DNA of 64,000 nucleotides. Origin: Microthyrium microscopicum. Lineage: Eukaryota. Position 1 is the stretch's first letter; every line of letters starts with the position of its first letter. The notes under the pieces are model-generated. The model had not been told where the DNA came from. It did not search any database and was given only the letters and a program-made list of their open reading frames with translations. Below are positions 46,162 to 57,372 of the stretch, one piece after another. The stretch covers positions 2,313,481 to 2,377,480 of the forward strand of contig MU004232.1 of NCBI GenBank assembly GCA_010405405.1, in the 5' to 3' direction. The translations under genes and the position numbers were made by a program.

Positions 46162-48197
46162 TTATCCTACACGACTGAATTTCACGATCAATTTTCCGCC
46201 AACTGGTCCCGCTATTACCGCATTTTCTGATTGCTGGATGTCATCATCATCAACTATCGTGATTTTGAAGTTCGTATAGATAGCTGCCAATAACAGCTTC
46301 AAGACTGCCAATGTGTTAGCAAGGTGAAGGAAAATGAGCCCGGTAATCTAACTCTTTGGGGACAAAATAAGTGAGCCGTTTCGACGACTATTCCTATGTA
46401 TTACGATGGCCGCCCTAATATTCATTCAAGAGTGACTACTTTGTTTACCAACGAAGTCTATAATATAAGTTTTACGACGCTGATAGGGATTGTAGCAGTC
46501 ACTCTTCAAGAAGTATTATGGCAGCCATAGTAATAGATGGGAACTCGTACCAGACGGCTCACTTATTTTGTCCTTGAGGAGTCTACTTACTCAACACCAT
46601 AAGGTGATTTCCAATACACATTCTACTCCCACTGCCAAATGTCCAGAACCACCGACGAGGATTAGATTCCGCATCCTGCTTCTCCATGTTACCTGAAATT
46701 TGTTAGTACAGGATTACGCTCAAAGCTCACACCGTGAAACACCCATCGCATTCTGTGCAATCCACAGCATTCGATTAAGAACGCATTCTATGGTAGGCAT
46801 TGGGTACGATGTGAGATATGGTCATTTTCGTTCCAATGGATGTCGTCGTCAAGAGATGTGCTTTGACATGGGAAAATCTCACCCCCAGCTTTACCATCCT
46901 GAGTATCCTCAGCGCACCTCCACCTCTCTGGCTTCCACTCTTCTGGTTCTGAAAACGCAGCGCTGTTGCGATTCAGACAATGTGACGATGAATGGATCGT
47001 TACACCAGGCGGTATGAAGTAGTTGTCAATAGTCGCTCCTCCTTCAGGCACTACGCGGCGTAGAGGAACTTGGGTGGTAGGATATAGACGTAATGTTTCG
47101 GTCAGTATTGCGTCTAGGAGAGGTAGTTTGTCAAGCCCTCGCAATATCGACTCTGACACTTCCTTTGAACCAGCAGGATAAATCAAAGGCGGTTCTAACG
47201 TCATCAGCTCTTTACGCAAAGCTGCTTCAAGCAGTGGTTGCTTTGACAGCTCGTGTATGGCGTAAGTCAGGGTAATCGCGCTGCCTTCTCTACCAGCGTC
47301 CAAATTATCAAGAAATTCTGAAGCGATGTGATGAAGTAGTTCTTCTTGGTCTGTGATTCCTTCTTTGCTTGGGATCAGCTCCCTCATTTGAGCGAAAACA
47401 ACTGGATGTGAGCTGGTTTCAACTTCGTTCGACCCAGAGGCAGCTTTCTCCATGGATCTCTTTGCCCTCTTACACATCTGGAGAACTTCCTCTTCTGATT
47501 CCTCGACAGCCAATTTGATATCATCTGTTATCTTAGCACCCATAAGCGGACTCAGCTTCTTCTTCGCATTCTCCAGATACTTCCTTTGCACCAATTCCTT
47601 TCCCTTCCCAAGCAAATTAAAACCATTCTGAACACCAACCATATAAGCACTCAGAAACTCAACTCCCGCCGCCGCACCAAGATTCAAAACATTAACCTCC
47701 TCTCTACTTCTCGTCACACTATCCAGATATGGGAAGAACCTCTCAAACAACAACACGCCAGCCAAAATCCGAAAATCCTCAGACCCTAGGATATACGACT
47801 TCGTGTAAACAGGAGCCAGAATTCTCTTTCTCACAGAATGTTCCTTCTTGACAAGCATCGAGCTCAAGTTCGGCACCTCACCAAACGCACGAACCTGCAA
47901 AAACCACTCATGGCGATCCCAGCTCCCAGCATAGATCTTGCGTAGGCCGTCGAGTGAGTTCACTGATACTTCATTGGGTCCTAGGCGTACCACTGGGCCA
48001 AGCTGTTGGTGGGCTTTGTGGATGGTGCGAACTTCGTGGCCTTGGCGTCGTTTCCATGTTATCCAGAGAGAGGAAATGGAGGAGGTGGGGTGTGCGAAGG
48101 GGACTTTGGAGAAGGGGGTGAAGAATGCTGGGTGGAGGATGTAGGTGTAGAGAAGGGAGAGGAAGATTGTGACTGTGAGGATGATAATAACACTCAT
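46162..48197 (-). CDS. Cytochrome P450; exons 48197-46883, 46692-46591, 46304-46162
   Basis: N-terminal TM anchor, GPVVRLGPNEVS, ETLR (ExxR), PERW, heme motif WTFGSGSRMCIG in exon 2. Confidence 0.9.
46351..46582. mobile_element. MITE copy 2 (232 bp) inside P450 intron 2, flanked by a CTA direct repeat
   Basis: ~80-bp imperfect TIRs (GGACAAAATAAGTGAGCCGT / ACGGCTCACTTATTTTGTCC); ends ACTC...GAGT; CTA at 46348-46350 and 46583-46585. Confidence 0.88.
46693..46882 (-). mobile_element. Candidate introner-like element, copy B (190-nt P450 intron 1)
   Basis: End-to-end similarity to the intron at 35923-36123. Confidence 0.7.
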
Positions 48198-48940
48198 GGT
48201 GATGGACGGGTAACACAGGGATTGGGAAAAGCAGACATAACAACCTTGGAAGAGTATGAGGATCAATAGTTTTGTTCATGTGTGATTTCTGAAAACAGGC
48301 GGACCCGATTTCAATGCCTCGAAAATAGGACAAAGTTCGTCAGATAAGAATCCAAGGTTCTCTGTGCAAATACATGTTCTTATTTGCTGGCAAGGAAACT
48401 TCATGAGGTTTAATTACCATCTGGTCAAATGTATTTCGAAACAACTTGTATGAAAAATAACTTACTTCCATAAACACGATCTGATATTGACCTACGGAGG
48501 AGTACTCTAGAGAGAACTAAACTCCAACTTCCCGCCATGAACATCGAGTTTTATCTACCACCCCAAATTGATTATCTGGAATTACCTTTTTCGCAATAAC
48601 TTCTAATACATCAATTTCGAAAGATCAAGAAAATATTGGCTACTCAAGCAATTATCACGTGCGAGGATATTTTAGCTATTTTAGGAAGCGCTAGCAAGAC
48701 CATCATTCAGCCAATCAGGGGCAAGACGCTAACGGCACCTAGTACGTCCTGCTCTGTAATATAAACTCCACGCGACCAACAGCTCCTGTCTTCAGAATCG
48801 CCATCAGGCATGCATCCTACTTCAATTCGCCTTCGTCCTTGCCTTCTGAGACCATGAAACTCCGCTTAACAGTTGCACCTCCCATACCTGCCCTCTACAC
48901 AACTGGCGCGCCGCCTCTCTCGGGAAGGTGAACCATCATC

Positions 48941-49962
48941 ATGCCAGGCCTTCCAAGTAAATCCGTCTCCCAATGCCCTCCAAAGATAAATCCGACTAAC
49001 CAGACATGCTCCGCTCCACAGCCTCCATCGATCTCGACGAATGCATATCCCGTCTCTACAACAAAGAGCTCCTCGCCGACTCCGTCGTCGAAGCCATCTG
49101 CGCCAAAACCAAAGAACTCCTCATGAAAGAGTCCAACGTCGTGCACATCGCCGCCCCCGTAACAGTCGTCGGCGACATACACGGCCAATTCTTCGACATG
49201 ATTGAAATTTTCCGCATCGGCGGCTTTTGTCCCAACACAAACTACCTCTTTCTCGGCGACTATGTAGACCGCGGGCTCTTTAGCGTCGAAACCATCTCCC
49301 TCCTCGTTTGCCTCAAACTACGATATCCGAGCCGTGTACATTTGATACGAGGCAACCATGAGAGTAGGGGCGTGACGCAGAGCTATGGGTTTTATACGGA
49401 ATGTTCGAGAAAGTACGGCAATGCTAATGTCTGGCATTACTTTACGGACATGTTTGATTATTTGACGCTGAGTGTGGTGATTGATGATAAGATTTTCTGT
49501 GTGCATGGGGGTCTGAGTCCGAGTATACACAGCATTGATCAGATCAAGATCATTGATCGGTTTCGCGAAATTCCACACGAAGGCCCGATGGCTGATTTGG
49601 TCTGGAGTGATCCGGATGCGGAGAGGGATGAGTTCAGTCTGAGTCCACGGGGCGCGGGATATACGTTTGGGGCACAGGTGGTCAAGAAGTTTTTGGAGGT
49701 TAATAATATGAATCACATATTACGGGCTCATCAGCTGTGTCAGGAGGGATATCAGGTGCTTTACGACGATCGGCTGAGCACGGTGTGGAGTGCGCCGAAT
49801 TACTGTTACAGGTGTGGAAATATGGCGAGTGTGCTTGAAGTCAGTGATACGGGAGAGCGGTTCTTCAATGTGTTCGATGCGGCGCCGGAAAATGATGCGC
49901 ATCGACAGGAGCAACAAGCTCAGCAGGGCAAGGATGGGGTGGTGACGGAATACTTCTTATGA
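48941..49962 (+). CDS. PPG1: PP2A-like Ser/Thr phosphatase catalytic subunit, PPG1-type; intron 48957-49021
   Basis: GDIHGQ, GDYVDRG, RGNHE, SAPNYCYRCGN, C-terminal EYFL. The subfamily call rests on the N-terminus and is less certain than the family. Confidence 0.88.
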
Positions 49963-50200
49963 TGGAAGGACAAGACGCGAATGAACTGTTTGTAAATACC
50001 CTTTTTTGTTATATACCACTTTGATTGTACAATCTCACGGCATGCGAGTATTTCACGCTTTCAAGAGAGTTGGTCCCTCATCCAACTTTTGGTACAGGAC
50101 GCTCGATAAGCATGCTTCTGGTTCCGATGCAAGGGTGTACTTGTAGCATATCATAAAGTCGTGATTGTAAGTAATGGCTCAGTCCCAATGCTGCCTCCAT

Positions 50201-50913
50201 CTATTTCTCCCAATCCTTCTTGATGTCAAAGCTCCATTCGAATTGTAAATGGGTTACGTTGTCATCGTCGACGAATTTGGAGGTAGCCTTGTAGTGGCCT
50301 CGAACCAGCATACCACTTGGGGCGTCTTCTGGAGCGACTGGACACAGTCAGTACATGCTTTCCAGCTGGATGGAATACTTACATTTCTTCTCGTAGTGTG
50401 GCTTGTCACTCGTGTTTGGGCTGAAGCTTCCAATCATTTCCTGATTCTTTGCTCCAACGCCCATACGCTTCACCATCTGCAGGTACTTCAAGCCCGACAA
50501 TATTTGATGTTGGACTCGGAACTTGACCTTCATGCTGTATGTGGCCCCCTCCTTGATGGTGAACGGTTTGTCTTTGAGAGCCTCCAGTTGGCCAGGGTGG
50601 GATAGATCGAGTGTAATGTCAGGACGTCCTTCAACTTCGAGACCGAGAGAAAGTATGATGCAGGTTCGTTTGTCGTTTGGGTCAGCTAGGGAATTGCCAG
50701 AGCCCACGCCTAGGGACTCTTTCCAGCGGCGCATGGCATCATCGTCGGCATCTAAATGTGTTAATTGGATGTTCAAGGAAGCCATCATGTTTGGCGGCTC
50801 CAAAGTCGAGACATACCAAGCTTTTGATATTCATCCAATGTCTTCTTCTCCCCAACCTTGAATCCCTCGGTGTGCTCAGCTTGGAGCTCTTCGTCGGTGA
50901 TTTTGTCGGCCAT
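50201..50913 (-). CDS. RDI1: Rho GDP-dissociation inhibitor; introns 50816-50752 and 50382-50338
   Basis: GFKVGEKKTLDEY, RRWKESLG, PFTIKEG, ILSGLKY, APSGMLVRGHY, SKFVDDD, FEWSFDIKKDW. Confidence 0.95.
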
Positions 50914-51930
50914 GATGGGAATGCAATTGCTGAGAGAAGGCTCAGAGGATCAAAAAGAAGAGTCAATTACAAGTAAGAGGAATTGAAGATGAGGGATGTA
51001 AATTGTCAGTGTTGGGTTTTGGTGATGAACTTACCCTTATGCGGGGTGTCCCCCACTACCAACGAATGACAAGGTCAAAGCTGGAAACAGGTCAGGGATG
51101 TGTTACCAAGAATAGATATAGCGCTGGTTGAATTGAGCAATTGAATTTGCTATATGTTAACGAGAATTGTATCAAACTGATAGACTAGGAGTATTCTTGT
51201 AGGTAGAAACGTCGACCCGACCTTTCCGTGTCAATTCACGCCTTCTAAGAAAAAGGAACATGTATATGTGCATGAATGAGCCAGCCTTGTAGGAATTACA
51301 ACTCAACTATCACTGGTCCAGTTGACTCCAATGTAAGATGATTACTTAAGATAATACGAAACCTCATATAGTTAGCGTGAATGCTGAGTCAGGGGACAGA
51401 TCAAGTCAGTCAGGGGCGAGTTTGGGCGTTGAAACGGCAGAGGAAGGAAAAGTCGAGGAACACCAACCCAGCCCAGCCCCATTTTTATCCTTCAGGGGAC
51501 TCGTTGTTAACTGTTTGCTTCTCTCTCTTAATTCTTTAACGCTTCAATTTTGTATCCCACTTGTCCCTAGAAGATCCGTACCACTACTCGTTCAACCCTA
51601 TCTTATCCGCCCTAAGTACTGTAGTTACTGCAAAACCGCCCAGGTATGTTCGCGCCGGCACGGTCCCAAGTCCCATCTTCCCCCAGTGCCCCAGCGATCC
51701 CAGTCAGACACTTGCAGCAATCTGCATTTGGCGTGTGGTCACTGTCAATTGGTCGCTTCGGCTGCTAGCACCCTTCCATCTGTCTCTTCATCGCCCCGGC
51801 CGCCTCTTCCCCAGATCGACTCCATGAACCCTTCTCATTCGATTGTTCCATCAACCCACATCTTCCATTGAGCCAGCATATACTTGTCTTGTCATTGACT
51901 TACCCTTTAGATCTTATACAATTCATCAGT

Positions 51931-53386
51931 ATGGTCAAGCGCAGAATTCCCTCGGCGCGCAATCCTCTACTCGAGCCCGAGCATACACCTCTCTGTACGT
52001 ACTACGCGACATTATGCGCCAATTACTCATCGCGCGTTTTCATCATCGCGCCTTTGCTGATTCTCTTTAGATGAGCTACTCGTTGAAAGGCGCCGACTCG
52101 GTCAAACAGATCTCGCAGTTACGCCAGCCGTCGCTGGAACCACATCCTCCACCAAGCCTGAAGTATTGGGCATTTTCGATTACGCCCACTTGCGCGTGCC
52201 ACTCCCTCAAGACCTCAAAAAGTCGGGAATCTTTACACCTCTGAAGAATGGACAGTACCCAGAATCTTACTTTTTGATGGTACGCTTACATGCGCCGATG
52301 GATGACGGAGCTCGACTAATTATATAAATAGCGTCGCAGCAGTGATGGCTACATTAGCGCGACTGGAATGTTCAAGGCCGCCTTTCCTTGGGCATCAGTT
52401 GAAGAGGAAAAGGCAGAGCGAAAGCATCATAAGCTCCTTCCTACTGGAAACGGGGAGGAAGTAGCAGGCAACGTCTGGATCGCACCTGACACAGGTACAT
52501 CTCACATGCTCAAAATACCGAAATCGGATGCTAAACAATTTCATAGCCCTTACACTAGCTGACGAGTACGCGATTCGTCCTTGGATTATTGCTCTTTTGG
52601 ACAACGAAGATATCGAAGTTGGTTCTAAGGAAAAGATAGTAGGCACAGTTTCCGCACCACCAAACTACGAGCTGGGTATTAGCGACAAGAAACTCCTGGG
52701 AATTCCTACTCCCGACCTCGCACCAACACCAACTCGTGCTAGAGCCAAGCGTTCATCCTCTCCAACAAAAATGTCGGCGACCCCACGTAAAATCGCATCT
52801 CCAAGAAAACGTCGCGCCGCAAGCAAACAACCCGAAGACAAGGCCGAAGGTTCTCCTGCTGCTACGCGCAAAACATCCAAAGCTCTCCAAAAGGAACAGT
52901 CAAACGGCGTTTCAGACCCCAAAGACACAATTGAGGAAGAAACCTCAGGTGGCGCTGAGTCCGACAAAGTGCGCGTTGAGGTCAAGGAAACCGTCGAAAA
53001 GAAAGACGATAAGGAAATCACGCACACCACAGTAACCGTCGCCATGCCCGCCGACCACCCAGATCTCCCGCTTCCAGAAGATACCACTGCCATGATTGAA
53101 AAAGCCAAGGAAATGGTCGAAGAAGCCAACAAGCTCGAGAAGCGCACTGGAAAAGGCACAAAGCGAAAGGCCTCGTCTAACCTCACGAAGGCAGACACAG
53201 AAGATGCTCAGCCAGAGAAGAAGGCAAAGACGGAACTTCAAGAGAAACTCATCACAGAGCGTGTCAAGACACGCGCACTCATTGGCCTCACAGCAACACT
53301 TGCAGTCGGGTATGTTGACTGCATTGCCCTTGATTTGAATCGTTCGCTAACATTTTCACAGTGCTATCATCCCCTACTTCTTGTAA
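51931..53386 (+). CDS. bqt4: KilA-N/APSES-domain tail-anchored nuclear envelope protein (Bqt4-like); introns 51995-52070, 52280-52331, 52495-52546, 53310-53361
   Basis: [31 protein letters not shown], basic S/T-P-rich middle, C-terminal [21 protein letters not shown]. Confidence 0.85.
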
Positions 53387-54365
53387 TACCCTTTTTCCAA
53401 AGCGCCATTCTAGGTCTCTGACATCTTTGTTTTTGTCGTAAACACACGCATACCCCATTTTCCTATGTCTATTACCCCCTTCTGGCTCTCGGCGTTTGAC
53501 AGGTCATTTCACACTTTCGGCGCGTATACTGGCTCAGGCGGCAAGGCGGTTTTCAACTGTCTGGAGTAGTGATTGAACAAGAGGCGTGGATCATCGGGCT
53601 TGGATCACTGGAGCCCAGGTCAATGGGCTTGGAAAGGAAGCTTCTGTGTCAAAAGATGCCCTAGCAGTCCAATTCGGGTAGCTGCAACTGTGGTTGCGGC
53701 TTTGTAGGTATTTGTTGTGCTATGCATGTATGGACGGTATTCTTGGCATCCTTGAACTGGATGGACTTTTGTAGATCTCTGTAATCAATGGTGGAGTGGG
53801 TGGCTTCACTTGAATAGACGCTGTTTTCCTTATGGGTGATTTCGTTTGTGTTTCTGGATTGATGCTGCTTGAGCGATGTGCGATTCGTTGTCTGGAGCTT
53901 CGGACTGGCAAGAGAAGGAGTGGACCTTTCGCTCCGCGCATTGTCTTGGATTTCTCATGCTTCTACCCGTTCTGCAAACGACCAAAGAAGCAAGTTCCCC
54001 ATCTTCAGGCAACCGGATTACCACTGGAGCTGTCAGAACCACTCTCGGCAAACCAAAGATATGACGATGCGGGCGTCCTCGCGTTCTCCAGCTACAGAAT
54101 TTACCTTTCTAGTAACACATATCGATCAGCCATCAGAATCAATCCTCGTCTCCCAACCGCTTCGCTTCTCGTTGAGAGAACACGCAGCTCCGCATGTATG
54201 AACCAAGACAATCCCTGTGGTTCTGCGTCCTCCCGAACTGTCTCCGCTCGTTGGCGCTGATTCTTTGTAGGAACTTTGCGACTTGCATGAGACAAACATG
54301 GCGACTCTGCTAGCAACCGCTTAGGCATCACTTGGAATAGTTTGGACAGAGTGGCCTTTGCTGCT

Positions 54366-55349
54366 ATGGAGTGCTATTTAGAAGACATGTTCGCCGGAAC
54401 TTGGGCTTTCGAAACAATCGCTCGACCCTTTGACTACCACCCGCACCCAGCTACACCTACAATGCCCACTCCATTCGAACAGTTCGCCATGGCCCTATTC
54501 GAAATTGGCACCGGCTTCCGCCTCCTCCTCAGCTCAAGTTTCAGCATCACCAACCTATTCTGGCACACCTTCATGGATCAGCTACAAGATGGCATCCCAA
54601 TCGCCCTAATGCTCTTCGGCCTCGTCGCCGTAGGCATCATCCCGCAATTGATCTCCAAAGACGGCAAATGGCATCCTCGTCCTCGCGTCTGGTCCCTCAT
54701 CTCCTCTGGCGTCCTCTCGTGGCTATATCAAGTATTCTTTCTCTGCCTCGGGGCTGGATGTCTGTTGCTGTTCGCCGCCTGTGCCATGAAGATGGGATCT
54801 GTACCTCAAAAGGTCGCTCGCGTCAATCCCACGGCGGAAGAACTCGGTGTGCGCGGTCTCGTCTTCTTCTGGTTCGCGATATTGTTTCAGGAGGCGGCGA
54901 GGGCGCTGAGCGCGCGCGAGGATGTTGTTGCTGACGTGCAGATATTGCGGCGTCTTGTTTTCTATGAGTGCGGACCAAGGTACTTTACTGCCGCTCGGGA
55001 GTCTTGCTACAAGTTGGCGACAAAGACTCGCAAGCAAGTCGAGCTTTGGGCGGCAGATAAGATGGCACGTCTTCGCAAGGTCATCTCTCCGCTACGACCT
55101 CAGCCTGTTACCGATGACGGCGACGCTCCAAGCACTCGCAACACGACAACTTCCCCGGAACCGGAGCGCTACACCGAAGAGGACGCTGGAATCAATGGAA
55201 AACCAACCAGCGTCTCTGACCAGGAAATTTCCGACGCGATGTCACTCAATGACTATGATGAAGAGGTTCTGTACACGCCGAGCTCTTCGAGCGATTCTAT
55301 GGATAGTGGTTCGTCCACCTATTCACTTTGCAAGGTATGGACCATATAA
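54366..55349 (+). CDS. Hypothetical multi-pass membrane protein
   Basis: ~327-codon ORF with 3-4 hydrophobic segments and an acidic Ser-rich tail; start uncertain. Confidence 0.6.
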   Translation: MECYLEDMFAGTWAFETIARPFDYHPHPATPTMPTPFEQFAMALFEIGTGFRLLLSSSFSITNLFWHTFMDQLQDGIPIALMLFGLVAVGIIPQLISKDGKWHPRPRVWSLISSGVLSWLYQVFFLCLGAGCLLLFAACAMKMGSVPQKVARVNPTAEELGVRGLVFFWFAILFQEAARALSAREDVVADVQILRRLVFYECGPRYFTAARESCYKLATKTRKQVELWAADKMARLRKVISPLRPQPVTDDGDAPSTRNTTTSPEPERYTEEDAGINGKPTSVSDQEISDAMSLNDYDEEVLYTPSSSSDSMDSGSSTYSLCKVWTI

Positions 55350-56063
55350 CTGACGCGATGGCAGTTCCTGCATCTGATACCTGGGACTTTGAGCGATCTT
55401 GAAGTGATAGTGTGAGGTTGGGTACGAAATTACCAAGGTCGAAATTTGGAGATGCTATGATGATGTATACTGGGAGTTTCCTTTAAAATGTTGTAGTTGC
55501 GAAGACTGCCTTGTCTTGGGGGACTCCTCCGCTTGTTGGCTTCTTGGCTTAGTGAGCGATGCATTCATGCGTGTTTGGAAATGAAATATATACTACAATG
55601 GATATCTGGTATTGGAATAGAACGTGTCTTCTCTTCTACTACATTTTGTGAGCAGCTCGGGCCAGGATATCATTGATAAGGCTGGAAAGTTGGCAATCAA
55701 CGTCTTTTATGGCGTAGCACGCAGTAGATATCAACTCCAGCATTTCTTTTTGCATCGAAATCCACCTTTCTACTCAAAGCATTTGCACGCCCAATTACAC
55801 CACTTAAAATGCTTCCAATTCAAGCCACAGCTTCTATCAGTGACGGATGTGATCAGCTTGCGTGCAACCCACCTTTGTCTGACGCAAGGCGTTGTTGGCG
55901 CATGGTTGAAACGATCAGCTTATTTTATTTATCTCTCTACACCGCCCTTCGATAACCAAGGTCTCTCTCTCTTTCTTTCATACATTCCATTCTGCCTTGA
56001 ATATACACACGAGCTTTGAAGTATCTTGAACTGTCAGGCTGTCATTGAGTGTCTAGCAGCACC

Positions 56064-57123
56064 ATGAGATCTACGCAGGGATTACATGGCCAATCGGCGA
56101 CCCTACCGATAAGGAGCTATGAGGAGCTTGTTCTGCAAGTGTTCGTGAAAACGAACCCCGTTGACGATAGCTGCTGACAGAAGAAAGAACACCACAGGAA
56201 ACATCTAGTGGTTTTCCTTTTCTGAGATTGCCTGGTGGTATGTGATACTTCTTGTTCACTCATCGATTCGTTCAGTATTCTGACGTGGACTTCTAGAGCT
56301 CCGCAACCAGATATACGAGCTAGTATTTGGAAAAAATGTCTACTACATCGACACCGGCTGTAAGAGCAGACCTCGTCAACCACAGATCAGCTCAGGTGAG
56401 CCCGTAGACGAGTCTTATGAAAAAAAACCATGCCGCTGGATCAAACAATGCTCGTTCGGAGGCGCCAACTCAACAACTTGGGACCACAAGCCAGATCAAA
56501 TCACCATAGTCAAATCAGACGAATGGTTCACACAACACATGAAGAACTGGCACCGCTGTGCCGCCAGTGAACAGGTATACCAACCAGCAGCATTCCACAG
56601 CCATCCTGTACTGCATACCTGCCGACAGATATACCACGAAGCCCGCCTTGTCCCCTTCCGAACCAGTACGTTTACCTTCATGGGCAGACGGACGCTGGAG
56701 AACTTCGTGCTCAAGGATCTCGATTGCGATCAAGCAGCAGCTATACGACATGTGGCTATATGCGACAAGGTCAGCGGGTGCATAGCGCAGCAGGATGAAG
56801 AAGTGCAGGCCAATTTCTGGTGGCGGAGCGAGGACTTTAGTTCGGAGTTTGTTGAGAGGCTTTCTGGACCATTTAAGTTATCTCTTCATGTATCTTTTGA
56901 TGCTGCGCTTTTGCATATGGCTTCCGGGTTTGTGGAGGACTTGAAGATGGAGGGCTTGAAGGATTTCAAAGCGCTAAATGTGAGGGAGGTGGTGAGCAAA
57001 GTACACGATGGCCGCTGTGAAGAGCCATGTTGTGATGAACTGCAAAAAGGTTTGGACGTTGGCGAGTTCATGGGACAAATGCAGAGAGAGATCCTACAAA
57101 AAAGAATTGGAGAGACGAAATAG
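56064..57123 (+). CDS. Hypothetical protein of the fungal FxxLPxELRNxIY / LxTCRQIYxEA type; intron ~56238-56296; 5' end uncertain
   Basis: FPFLRLPG|ELRNQIYELVF across a GTATGT..CTGAC..TAG intron, in frame with VLHTCRQIYHEARLVPF. Confidence 0.7.
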
Positions 57124-57372
57124 ACTAGACCCGATGCAGACTTAGCGTCGAAATGCAGAGTACAGGGCTCAAGTCTTGGCGGTCTACTTTTTTTCGATCT
57201 CGACCTTCCAATCGTCACGAAGATACATTTAGCATACACTCCTCATCGCCATACCCCTTATTCTCCCTCTTCTAATTCTCTCCTTGTTGCATTACTTCTC
57301 AGTCGGTGCTCTTAGTTGTTAATCTTTGTTCTATTGCATGGCTGTCGTTATACCCCCCTTATAGTACTCGAA

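Noticed and set aside
46279..46304. Apparent extra MITE fragment (GATAGCTGCCAATAACA)
   Set aside because: Lies in P450 coding exon 3 (LKLLLAAIY); short match, probably coincidental.
46162..48197. P450 as a truncated pseudogene (ORF track stops at 46788 without the heme Cys)
   Set aside because: Two downstream exons supply FGSGSRMCIG and a normal C-terminus through canonical introns.
46162..48197. P450 as a BioI-like pimelate supplier for the biotin genes
   Set aside because: About 12 kb from bioF with unrelated genes between; membrane-anchored eukaryotic type; no sequence support.
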